Source of the DNA: Macrostomum lignano
Lineage: Eukaryota
Direction of reading: 5' to 3'
Assembly (NCBI GenBank): GCA_002269645.1
Contig: NIVC01000036.1
Coordinates: 395,961-459,960 of the forward strand
Length of the DNA: 64,000 bases
A program made the translations under genes and the position numbers. A model generated the notes under the pieces. It was not told the DNA's origin and made no database searches. It saw only the letters and a list, made by a program, of their open reading frames with translations. How positions within the stretch are numbered: the stretch's first letter is position 1; every line of letters begins with the position of its first letter. Of the stretch, positions 22,901 to 34,300 are shown piece after piece.

Positions 22901-23973
22901 CTAATCAGTGATCCCCATACACCTGTCCTAATCAGTGATCCCCACACACCTGTTCTAATCAGTGATCCCCACACACCTGTCCTAATCAGTGATCCCCACA
23001 CACCTGTTCTAATCAGTGATCCACACACCTGTCCTAATCAGTGATCCCCACACACCTGTCCTAATCAGTGATCCCCACACACCTGTCCTAATCAGTGATC
23101 CCCATTCCCCACACACCTGTCCTAATCAGTGATCCCCACACACCTGTCCTAATCAGTGATCCCCACACACCTGTCCTAATCAGTGATCCCCACACACCTG
23201 TCCTAATCAGTGATCCCCACACACCTGTCCTAATCAGTGATCCCCACACACTTGTCCTAATCAGTGATCCCCACACACCTGTCCTAATCAGTGATCCCCA
23301 CACACTTGTCCTAATCAGTGATCCCCACACACCTGTCCTAATCAGTGATCCCCACACACCTGTTCTAATCAGTGATCCCCATTCCCCACACACCTGTCCT
23401 AATCAGTGATCCCCACACACCTGTCCTAATCAGTGATCCCCACACACCTGTCCTAATCAGTGTTCCAATGATAATAATTAAGTATTCAAGTTCTCCCAAC
23501 TCCCCACCCGAACGCAGGCACTCGAATCGGACACGATCCCATCCGGAGCATACGAGCCCAATTACCTTGCCGCCGAGATTGAGACCTGCGTCCACCTGGA
23601 GACTGGCTCGAAGCTGGACATGAAATACAAGAATCGAATCCGCAGCCGGGTGATGAACCTTCGCGACACGAAGAATCCCAATTTGCGCTACTGCGTCCTC
23701 ATGGGGAATATCTCCCCGGCGCAGTTTGCCAAGATGAGCGCGGAAGAGATGGCATCGGACGATATGCGCAAGCTCAGGGAGCGGCTGACCAAGGAAGCAA
23801 TCGATGATCACCAGATGTCGATGAACAGCGGCACGTCTACCGATATGTTGAAGTGCGGCAAGTGCAAGAAGAACAATTGCACTTATAATCAGCTGCAGAC
23901 CAGATCGGCTGATGAGCCAATGACCACCTTTGTGCTGTGCAATGAGTGCGGTCACCGGTGGAAGTTTAACTAA
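19962..23973 (+). CDS. TFIIS: Transcription elongation factor TFIIS (TCEA family), 317 aa, 3 exons
   Basis: Exons 19962-20033, 21723-22148 and 23518-23973, all phase-0 GT-AG. Domain I ([26 protein letters not shown]), domain II ([21 protein letters not shown]) and the zinc ribbon with [24 protein letters not shown]. Confidence 0.97.
21370..21636 (-). mobile_element. tRNA-derived SINE, family A copy 1 (TFIIS intron 1)
   Basis: The minus strand begins GGGGCCATAGCCCAGTGGTCTAAAGTGGC (tRNA-like 5' end with A box) and has a B-box-like GGCTTGATTCC at 21580-21570. The body matches the copy at 40465-40670. Confidence 0.75.
22236..23462. repeat. 27-bp minisatellite (CCTAATCAGTGATCCCCACACACCTGT), ~45 copies, in TFIIS intron 2
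   Basis: Directly visible. Confidence 0.97.
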
Positions 23974-24529
23974 TTAACAATCTGCAACAATTGACTCGAT
24001 CATTCATTCATTATTTTTTGTTATATTTATCATTTTTTTACTGTGAATATTGATCTGCCGGGTTTGTTTGATAATAATAGTAGTAACAGTATATAGTTAC
24101 TAAGCCGAATTGCGTTTCAACTTTAATTAAATTAAAATTTGTACCTTCATTATTGATACTGTAGCTGGTAATGAGTAGGTTTACTATTTCATCTTGTTGC
24201 AGAGCAGCTGCGGTTTGTTGTAAAATTAAACAGTAAATAAACACGCATAAATAATTAATTGTCAATAAATTCGAGTAAATGCATTGCGTTAATGCATTTT
24301 TTTTTCGATTGTGTTATGAAACTAAGCCATTGACTTCAGGATGTAATTGGATCTGCGAGTTTCTGAGTCTTTTTTAAAAATATTTTATAGGTCTACTTAT
24401 GTGAGTAGTCAGGGGGGACATGTTCCTCCAGTAAAATCTATGGGTGGGACATGCCAATGCTTTGTTCCCCCTGCCCACCTTTGTTGACCTGTTATGGAAA
24501 TTAATGATGTTGCTTCAGGGCGACAAAAA

Positions 24530-24915
24530 ATGGAGCCTGCGGTGCTAAAATGGAGCCTGCAGCGCTAAAATGAGTGCCTGCGGTGCTAAAGTGAGTGCCT
24601 GCGGTGCTAAAATGAGTGCCTGCGGTGCTAAAAATGAGTGCCTGCGGTGCTAAAGTGAGTGCCTGCAGCGCTAAAATGAGTGCCTGCGGTGCTAAAGTGA
24701 GTGCCTGCGGTGCTAAAATGAGTGCCTGCGGTGCTAAAATGAGTGCCTGCGGTGCTAAAATGAGTGCCTGCAGCGCTAAAATGAGTGCCTGCGGTGCTAA
24801 AATGAGTGCCTGCAGCGCTAAAATGAGTGCCTGCAGCGCTAAAATGAGTGCCTGCGGTGCTAAAGTGAGTGCCTGCGGTGCTAAAATGAGTGCCTGCGGT
24901 GCTAAAGTGAGTGCC
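24530..24915. repeat. 21-bp minisatellite (GAGTGCCTGCGGTGCTAAAAT)
   Basis: Directly visible; intergenic. Confidence 0.95.
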
Positions 24916-25251
24916 GACAACCCCCGATTCTGACAATAATGTACATGTACATACAGAATTCTTGACTTTGTCCGCCCCACCATAAAATCCATGGTGACGC
25001 CCCTGATTCTTAGTTTTTTAGTGGACCGGTTTAGTTGATAGATAAATTTAGTGAAGCAACTAGAAACTACTATCAATAGTGTAAAAGCAAATTCTATTTC
25101 GCTCCTAAACGATGCCCTACTACATACATGTTAAAAGTTATTGTTAAACCCATTGCCACAAAAACTGTGCCAGTGGTTGAGCAAAGTATCATAATTGCCG
25201 AAGTTTTTTGTTTATTTCAATTGAATATTGTCAGAGTAGATTGCTATTGTT

Positions 25252-26543
25252 CTAAGCGATCTCCCGGTAGACCTTCACGGCCTCGGCCTGCACCGTTCTC
25301 GCTATGGCATTGACCTCGTGAGTGTAGTGATCCCGGTTCTTCGGCACCAGTTCCGCTTGGATCTCGACGTTCATGAAGACAATGTCCACAATGCCGTTGT
25401 TAACGAAAATTCCTCTAGAATTGCCTTTCATGTCGCCTTTCAGGATGTTAACGTGGCTAAAATGAATTAGGGATAATCATTTCTATAGCTACTAAAGTTA
25501 CGAGTTTTTGTACGAGAATACGAGTACTAAGCTGGGAACTGGGATGTAAAATATGTACACTGTAGTGACTTACTGGTCAGCCCAGTTCATGTCCGAACTC
25601 ATCCAGCCCATCATGAGCGCCTGCTGCATATCCGCTGGGTATTGACTGACAATTGACGGTATCATGGACGCTGGAAGCTGCCTGTGATTGACTTGATTGT
25701 CGCGTTTCTTCCACGACTTGATGAGGCAGCTGTTGCAGATCACTCCAGATGGTGCAGAGACTTTGAGAATTTCGGCCATCTCCAGAGCCATTTGCGATAT
25801 AGGATTGGAGTTTGATGGAGTGGCATCAAAGCTGGTTGTGGCTGCAGGTTGCAGATGGCAGAATAAGAGTTTTTAAGTGAGGTGCAGCAAAATACATGTA
25901 AAACAGAAGTACAAGTTGAAGAAGTGAGGTGCACAAGAAGGGAGGTTCACAAGAAGAAGGAAGGTTCACAAGAAGTGACGTTTACAAGCAGAAGGGAGGT
26001 GCACAAGAAGAAGGAAGGTGCACAAGAATAAGGGAGGTGCACAAGAAGAAGGAAGGTGCACAAGAATAAGGGAGGTGCACAAGAAGAAGGAAGGTGCACA
26101 AGAATAAGGGAGGTGCACAAGAAGAAGGAAGGTGCACAAGAATAAGGGAGGTGCACAAGAAGAAGGAAGGTGCACAAGAATAAGGGAGGTGCACAAGAAT
26201 AAGGGAGGTGCACAAGAATAAGGGAGGTGCACAAGAAGGGAGGTTCACAAGAAGAAGGAAGGTTCACAAGAAGTGACGTTTACAAGCAGAAGGGAGGTGC
26301 TCAAGAAGGGAGGTTCACAAGAAGAAGGGAGGTGCACAAGAAGAAGGGAGGTGCACAAGAAGAAGGTAGGTGCACGAGGAGAAAAAGACAAATGCAGCAA
26401 ATATGACACTGTTAAATGGTCCATCATTTGACAATGAAGAACTTACAAACAGCGATTTCCTCCTCAGCAGGAACCGCAGTGCAAATTGTTGTAGTAGCCA
26501 AAGCAACTAAAACAATTAGCGATTTTCCGTTGAGTGACAGCAT
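25252..26543 (-). CDS. Orphan secreted protein, 189 aa, 3 exons
   Basis: Exons 26543-26447 (MLSLNGKSLIVLVALATTTICTAVPAEEEIAV, signal-peptide-like; donor GTAAGT), 25841-25574 (donor GTAAGT) and 25456-25252. Phases 1 and 2 are consistent and the total of 570 nt ends in TAG. No family recognised. Confidence 0.75.
25925..26375. repeat. 19-bp minisatellite (GTGCACAAGAAGAAGGAAG / GTGCACAAGAATAAGGGAG) in intron 1 of the secreted-protein gene
   Basis: Directly visible. Confidence 0.93.
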
Positions 26544-27204
26544 TTTGATGTAAAAGTACCAGAATTAAACTCTCCGAAGACTGTTAAATCTTAGAAAAGA
26601 ACTCCAACCGAAAGAAGTTTCGGCTTGTTATAATCACGGGTTAGAGTCGAAAATGATTTATCGTGAGAAAGCTGTCAAAGCTGGCATGTCAAAGATAAAA
26701 AAATTTGATACTTCGGCAATCAGAATGGTAGCTTGTTTTTATAACGAAACGTGTCATTTTCTCATCGACATCAACAATTTATTGAGTGCACATAAATCTG
26801 TAGTCAAAATGGATCGTCTCTTGATAGCGGCCGATAGCAACCGTAGAAAGAAGTGGACGAAAAAAATTCCGAATACTAAAGTAGGATTGGATAATTAATT
26901 TTTAAAGCTATGGAGCCAATGCAGTGCCGTCGGAAAAATATGTACAACTTAAAATTGCCTTTATTTGATAGCGTTCTGAGCAAGCATGTGGAAAACTATT
27001 TTGTGATTTGACGTTTATTACTGCATCTGCAGTGTTACTACGAGTATAAGAAAAACCGCGTTGTTGCTTTCTAACGGCCAACTGTTTTAGGCTTACTCTG
27101 TGCGTCTCGACGTCCGAAGTCTACTAATAGTACGCTCGTAGTATGAACTGGCACCAAATGGATTGGGAGCTTTAGTACTATGATGAAATAAGTAGCGTTA
27201 CCAT

Positions 27205-27650
27205 GCAGGCGTTGGGACGCTTAGGTAGAGTGTGGGTCCTGAGGCGTTGTGAGACGCTTAGAGTAGAGTGTGAGTCCTGAGGCGTTGTGAGACGCTTAGA
27301 GTAGAGCATAGGTCCTGAGGCGTTGTGAGACGCTTAGAGTAGAGTGTGGGTCCTGAGGCGTTGTGAGACGCTTAGAGTAGAGTGTGGGTCCTGAGGCGTT
27401 GTGAGACACTTAGAGTAGAGCGTAGGTCCTGAGGCGTTGGGACGCACGGAGTAGAGCGTAGGTCCTGAGGCGTTGGGACGCACGGAGTAGAGCGTAGGTC
27501 CTGAGGCGTTGGGACGCACGGAGTAGAGCGTAGGTCCTGAGGCGTTGGGACGCACGGAGTAGAGCGTAGGTCCTGAGGCGTTGGGACGCACGGAGTAGAG
27601 CGTAGGTCCTGAGGCGTTAGACCGCTTAGTGCAGAGCGTGGGTCCTGAGA
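27205..27650. repeat. 36-bp minisatellite (GAGTAGAGCGTAGGTCCTGAGGCGTTGGGACGCACG variants)
   Basis: Directly visible. Confidence 0.93.
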
Positions 27651-29077
27651 AAAATGCACAGAGTAGAGCCCGGGTCCTGTTCGAGGCGAAAATCGAAACC
27701 TTCGATCCAGTTATGAGTACAAATACGAGTATAGTAGTTCAGAGCTTGAATATCTCAAGCGTAGGGACGCGTTACGACACTCAGTAAAAATAAAATTGAG
27801 TATGAGACCTACTGGCAGATGTGGCAGTCCAGAAAGGAAAACACAAGAGTAGGAGCTTACAGAGAAGACCGTCGTATGCTTAGTGCTGGTCGTTACTGTC
27901 GAAATAGAGACCCGGGCCTGATATCATATGTACGAGCCGTATATAAGTTCAAGTTAACTTCAGAATTCAATGTCAGGCCTGCATTGTCGTATTCGAATTG
28001 AATCTATTCAAAATTTTTGTTGGAGACCGGTTCGAAACATTTAGGAAAATGAACTGACTTAAAGCTAACCTTCTGCCCTCTTAGAATGATTCCACAGCTG
28101 TCACCAAAGTTGTGAAAGGGGTGAACTTCTGTCTTTAATGATAATCTCACTGCTGATACTAAGACTGTAACAGTGCTCTAATTGTTTTTTCTTTTAATTA
28201 TCCTAGATGCTGCCACCTAAGTTGTTACTGGGGCTAAATCTCTATACTGGTATATGTACTGCGTGTATGATCTTTCCAGTCCTGAGCGTTTCCGAGATCA
28301 GACTCGAGATCTAATTAGTATTTCTTCTCCTTCCAACGTTCTACTTCTCAGTAGTACATACTGTATGCGCTTCCTTCTACCTTACTTTGTCATAAAATGA
28401 ATTAACTCGGAAAAACACTTCTTAAAATATTTATTCGGAACTCACTATTAGCTTTTCTCAATTAACCAATAAAGATTGCTTCGAGGCTCGACACGAGTCA
28501 AGTTGTTCTCTCTTCAGTCTTTGCCAAAAATCGCGTCTATATACGACCTATTTATACTAAAATTTTAGTTCATTTAAAACAAAAATAATTTTGAGAAATA
28601 CGAGTTTTAAAACAAATTGTTTTATTAGAAACAATTTAGCATACAAAGTTGGATTTTCGCGTACAAATAAATAATAAAAAGGCTTTCCACAGAACAATTT
28701 TTGCACTTTTCCTAATACGAAGAGCTACAAGAAGCTACATATTGAACTTTTATGATCTTTCATCTTGAAATTGTAACCAGTATATTTTAGAATTCGTCAC
28801 ATTTAAAGCTACTTTGCATACTTCAAACTAAGTTTTTATGTGTAACATTTATAATTCGTTAATTTAAATGTGTGATAAAGTTCACTGGATAAATACCAAC
28901 AAAAATTAAAAAATTAAAACACATGTAATTGATAATCTTGAAAAATATAAACAACAAAAGTTTCAACAAAAGTGAAGTAAAAAGTGTTTCAAGTGAACCG
29001 CTGTCTGTCTGTGATTGTTCGTTGTATACCGCGCCCCTGCTTAGTATTTGATTTTTTAAGTTCATAATAAATCCAGC

Positions 29078-29998
29078 TCAGCGTAGGGCCCAGTTAAGTA
29101 TGCTGGCAGCACCGGCAATGGGACTCGTCACCACAGCGCCAACGGCGCTCCCAGTGTCGGACAGAAGCTGAGTCACTGGTCCGTAACCTCGACGGCATTG
29201 CTGAACCTGATCCATGGCAGATCTTCTGCTGTTGTCCATCTCCCGTCTCATACAATCCGCTTCGGCTTTCATTTGGGCCACCTGAATTCTCATCTGAGTC
29301 GTCTCTTCATCTTTCTGCTGTTGCTTCCTCTCAGCCTCTTTCTTCTTTGCTTTTTGCTTCTTTGTCTGAGCGTCCAAGTCTTTTTGCGAGTACTTCTGCG
29401 GATTATGTTTGCTAACATCGTCCACTAGGCTCAGCAAGGCAGCCACCTGCCTCTCTTTGAACTCTTCATCACATTCATCGCCATTGTCCATCAGAACGTA
29501 TCGGTCTCCGAACTTGTTCAACAACTCGTTCAGCCCCGGAATCGAGGCTCGGCCTTTGTCCAAAATCTCCTTGAATTTGTTGACGTCCTTTTTGAATTTT
29601 CCGCCGTGGCTGAAAACAACAATGGCTCTCTTGTGCGACTCGGGACCGAAGACGTCCACAGACTGCTGGATAGCTCTGCTCTCTTCGTCGGTGAATCGAG
29701 AGTCTGCTCGGAGCAGGACGAAGAAGGCGTCAACCCCATTTGGACAGTTGTTCAGAGCGTTCAGCAGTTCTTTCTCCGGCATGGTAGGGTCCTTCACGTC
29801 CATGGTGCCTGGCGTATCGACTATAATTAGCAGGCGACCCCGGGCAACTTTCATTCGACCCTGACAATCCTTGGTCTCCGAGTCGAAGCCACAACCGACT
29901 TTAAATTCGAAGTCGCCATACAGAGCGTTGGCTAGGGAGCTTTTGCCAGAGCCAGTCTTGCCGATCAGGACAACTGTTGTGGGCGCTGCAGTTGCCAT
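29078..29998 (-). CDS. AIG1/GIMAP-family GTPase (306 aa, intronless CDS)
   Basis: G1 VLIGKTGSGKSSLANAL, G2 region SETKDC, G3 IVDTPG, conserved box CPNGVDAFFVLLRADSRFTDEE, G4-like VFSHGG, then a coiled-coil and a Gly/Ala-rich hydrophobic tail. A 76-nt 5'-UTR intron (30088-30013, GTAAGT..TAG) precedes ATG 29998. Confidence 0.93.
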   Translation of the reverse strand: MATAAPTTVVLIGKTGSGKSSLANALYGDFEFKVGCGFDSETKDCQGRMKVARGRLLIIVDTPGTMDVKDPTMPEKELLNALNNCPNGVDAFFVLLRADSRFTDEESRAIQQSVDVFGPESHKRAIVVFSHGGKFKKDVNKFKEILDKGRASIPGLNELLNKFGDRYVLMDNGDECDEEFKERQVAALLSLVDDVSKHNPQKYSQKDLDAQTKKQKAKKKEAERKQQQKDEETTQMRIQVAQMKAEADCMRREMDNSRRSAMDQVQQCRRGYGPVTQLLSDTGSAVGAVVTSPIAGAASILNWALR

Positions 29999-30192
29999 AG
30001 CGAAATATTTGCCTACAATGTGCAAGCGGTTTACCAATAATTATTTAACCAATTAAGAGCTTGCTGCGTGCAAAAGCAGGTGACTTACCTGTAACAATTT
30101 TCAACAGTCTGAAAGAAACCAATCCAAGATACGAGAGAATCTCTTCCGATGTGCTGATGCGACAATGGAAGCGGCCGTCGGTCCTACCTGTA

Positions 30193-30198
30193 TTTATA
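30193..30198 (-). promoter_or_regulatory. TATA box (TATAAA) of the GIMAP-like gene
   Basis: TATAAA on the minus strand, ~105 bp upstream of the 5'-UTR exon donor at 30089; position fits a short first exon. Confidence 0.55.
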
Positions 30199-30224
30199 GT
30201 GTCAAAAGAAGCGAACACTATAAA

Positions 30225-30820
30225 TCAGGTACCACAATAACAGATTCGGTTTGATAAAGAAGGCACTAAAAATGATGGCGCTAGTTGGAGGTTCGAAGTT
30301 CCCTTTCTAAAAATACCGCAAATATTTTCAACTGTCATGTCAGTACAGCCGATGCTCGGTACTCGTAAACACTGAATCAGGTACCACAATAACAGATTCA
30401 GTTCGATAAAGAAGGCCCCAAAATTAATGGCGCTAATTGGGCTTCGAAGTTCCCTTTCAAAAAATAACCGCAAATATTCAACTGTCATGTCAGTACAGCC
30501 GATGTGCGCAGGTACTCGTAAACACTGAATCAGGTACCACAATAACAGATTCGGTTCGATAAAGAAGGCACTAAAAATGATGGCGCTAATTGGAGCTTCG
30601 AAGTTCCCTTTCTAAAAATACCGCAAATATTTTCAACTGTCATGTCAGCACAGCCGATGTGCGCAGGTACTCGTAAACACTGAATCAGGTACCACAATAA
30701 CAGATTCAGTTCGATAAAGAAGGCCCCAAAATTAATGGCGCTAATTGGGCTTCGAAGTTCCCTTTCAAAAAATAACCGCAAATATTCAACTGTCATGTCA
30801 GTACAGCCGATGTGCGCAGA
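30225..30820. repeat. Tandem array of four ~153-bp units in A-B-A-B order, immediately upstream of the GIMAP-like promoter
   Basis: Units start at 30225, 30377, 30530 and 30685. Units 1 and 3 carry GCACTAAAAATGATGG; units 2 and 4 carry GCCCCAAAATTAATGG. Confidence 0.95.
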
Positions 30821-30879
30821 CGGCATCATTTTCAGCATGTGGACTCTCTCTCTCACCCTGAGAGAGTTGTTATTTTAAC

Positions 30880-31045
30880 CGACATAAGAGGCAGTGCAGC
30901 TCAGAGGTAAACACATTATCTGGGGTAATTGAGATGCGTATGGCGACCCCCCTCCCCCCAGTCCTTGGACTGAACAACCGTACGCAGCCTTCAGATACGC
31001 CGCGCAATAGCTGCGGCTGAGCTATCGGTTGCACATCTGGCCGAA
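30880..31045 (-). mobile_element. Dispersed repeat family B, copy 2
   Basis: Reverse complement matches 10228-10380 with scattered substitutions. Confidence 0.75.
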
Positions 31046-31315
31046 CTGGGTCAGGTGTAGTCAATTATTACTGTACTAATAACTGTTACACATTAATTCA
31101 TTCGGATTTATAGAAGAGTGTTTATATATTTATAGACCGTAGACGCCAGCCATTACAATAAGGATTTATCAATCCGAAACGCTTGCTGAGTTTTGACCAT
31201 AGACCTCGGCAGACGAGCACTCTTCTTCATTGACCTTCCTTCTTCCGTGTGCTCGAGGCTCGTGCGTTTCAATCCCTCGGTGTCAACACGCCTTTAAAGA
31301 AAACTACGGTACACG

Positions 31316-34300
31316 ATGAACTTTAACTGTCCTCCGCCTGAACTGCCCGACATGAACAGATTGTGTCGCATGGATTTCTGCCAAGCCTGCGACCTGTTCC
31401 CCGTCGACATGGGCATCGACGTCGGCCCGCTGCAGGCTCGAATCAACGAGTGCAAGCGCCGGTACCACCGGGAGGTCTGGAAGATCCTTTGTGACGGCGT
31501 CGACGGGATAGAAGACCAGGAGGCGGGCACCAAGGACGGCAAGAGTGGCGCAGTCAAGGAGTCGGACAGAAGCGCCCGAGGCGGCGCCGGAAAGGCGAAG
31601 TTTGCCGGCGCCGGGAGGCCGGGCTTCGGCCATTTGGAACTAGACGGCGACAGGCGAGACGGGAGAGCGGTCAGAAACCAGGAGGACTTTGAAGACATTC
31701 TCAAGGATTTGGACGCGGTGAGATTTCCGGGTTGGAATTGATTTCTATCTACTTGAACTGACTGTAGTTAATATTACAGTGAAACCCGTTGTTATATCCT
31801 ATAGCTCCTTAGCAACCATCCCCGCTTGATCCAAGCTCCTTAGCAACTATCCCCGCTTGATCCAAGCTCCTTAGCAACCCTCCAGCTTGATCCAAGCTCC
31901 TTAGCAACCATCCAGCTTGATCCAAGCTCCTTAGCAACCAACCCTGCTTGTCCAAGCTCCTTAGCAACCACCCCTGCTTGTCCAAGCTCTTTAGCAACCA
32001 TCCCCGCTTGATCCAAGCTCTATAGCAACTATCCCCGCTTGATCCAAGCTCCTTAGCAACCACCCCTGCTTTACAAGCTCCTTAGCAACCACCCCTGCTT
32101 GTCCAAGCTCCTTAGCAGCCACCCTGCTTGTCCAAGCTCTTTAGCAACCATCCCCGCTTGATCCAAGCTCTATAGCAACCATCCCCGCTTGATTCAAGCT
32201 CTTTAGCAACCACCCCTGCTTGTCCAAGCTCCTTAGCAACCACCCCTGCTTTACAAGCTCTTTAGCAACCATCCCCGCTTGATCCAAGCTCTATAGCAAC
32301 CATCCCCGCTTGATCCAAGCTCTATAGCAACCATCCCCGCTTGATCCAAGCTCCTTAGCAACCACCCCTGCTTGTCCAAGCTCCTTAGCAGCCACCCCTG
32401 CTTGTCCAAGCTCCTTAGCAACCACCCCTGCTTGTCCAAGCTCCTTAGCAACCACCCCTGCTTGTCCAAGCTCCTTAGCAGCCACACCTGCTTGTCCAAG
32501 CTCCTTAGCAACCACCCCTGCTTGTCCAAGCTCCTTAGCAGCCACACCTGCTTGTCCAAGCTCCTTAGCAGCCACCCCTGCTTGTCCAAGCTCCTTAGCA
32601 ACCATCCCCGCTTGATCCAAGCTCTTTAGCAACCACCCCTGCTTGTCCAAGCTCCTTAGCAACCACCCCTGCTTGTCCAAGCTCTTTAGCAACCATCCCC
32701 GCTTAATCCAAGCGCCTTAGCAACCATCCGAGATCGATCCAGGCTCTTTAGCAACCATCCCCGCTTAATCCAAGCGCCTTAGCAACCATCCGAGATTGAT
32801 CAAAGTCCCATAGCAGCCATCTCATATTGATCCAAGTCCCTTAGCAACCATCCCTGCTTGATTCAAGCTCCTTAGCAACCATCCAAATCGATATGAATTC
32901 CTTAACAACCATAACAACTGTTTCTTTTAATATTTATGTCCTTAGCAATCATTTAATTATGTCACCATGGCAGCTAGTCAAGCCTCATCTAAGACGCCCT
33001 AGCAACCACCTGTCTCCTCATTCCTCAGCGCACGGAAGATACCACCAAAAAGAGAGAAAACAGGAACAACAAATCGCGACCGCCCCCAAGGAAGCTCAAC
33101 AACCAGTCGAACTCGACCGACTCGCCAGCCTCGAGCTCTCGTCGCCGTCCACGCAGTCGCTCTGTCGGGGGCGTCCCTGTCAGCGGAAACGCGACCAAAG
33201 CCGGCATGGCGTGGCTGCCCATTCAGGCCGAACTGCAGAAACTCCGCAGCTCGCTGGCGGCCGCCGCTGCTCTGGCCGCAACCGCCACTGCGGCTACAAA
33301 ATCTCGCCGGCGTAACAAAACTCGAAGCGACGACTTTGACGAAAGCAAGGGTGACGACGGCGAGAAGGACACTGGCGAGTTGGTTGAAGAGACCACCCTG
33401 ACGGGTGAAAGTCGATCTGAACCTCAACGGGGACAAACGCTGGTGGTCACGGTGAGGGATAGGGATCTGGGATAGGGATCTGGGATAGGGATCTGGGATA
33501 GGGATCTGGGATAGGGATCTGGGATAGGGATCTGGGATAGGGATCTGGGATAGGGATCTGGGATAGGGATCTGGGATAGGGATCTGGGATAGGGATCTGG
33601 GATAGGGATCTGGGATAGGGATCTGGGATAGGGATCTGGGATAGGGATCTGGGATAGGGATCTGGGATAGGGATCTGGGATAGGGATCTGGGATAGGGAT
33701 CTGGGATAGGGATCTGGGATAGGGATCTGGGATAGGGATCTGGGATAGGGATCTGTAATAGGGATCTGGGATAGGGATCTGGGATAGGGATCTGGGATAG
33801 GGATCTGGGATAGGGATCTGGGATAGGGATCTGGGATAGGGATCTGGGATAGGGATCTGTGATAGGGATCTGGGATAGGGATGTGTGATAGGGATCTGGG
33901 ATAGGGATCTGGGATAGGGATCTGGGATAGGGATCTGGGATAGGGATCTGGGATAGGGATCTGTGATAGGGATCTGGGATAGGGATCTGGGATAGGGATC
34001 TGGGATAGGGATCTGTGATAGTGATCTGGGATAGGGATCTGGGATAGGGATCTGTGATAGGGATCTGTGATAGGGATCTGGGATAGGGATCTGTGATAGG
34101 GATCTGTGATAGGGATCTGGGATAGGGATCTGTGATAGGGATCTGTGATAGGGATCTGGGATAGGGATCTGGGATAGGGATCTGGGATAGGGATCTGGGA
34201 TAGGGATCTGGGATAGGGATCTGGGATAGGGATCTGGGATAGGGATCTGGGATAGGGATCTGGGATAGGGATCTGGGATAGGGATCTGGGATAGGGATCT

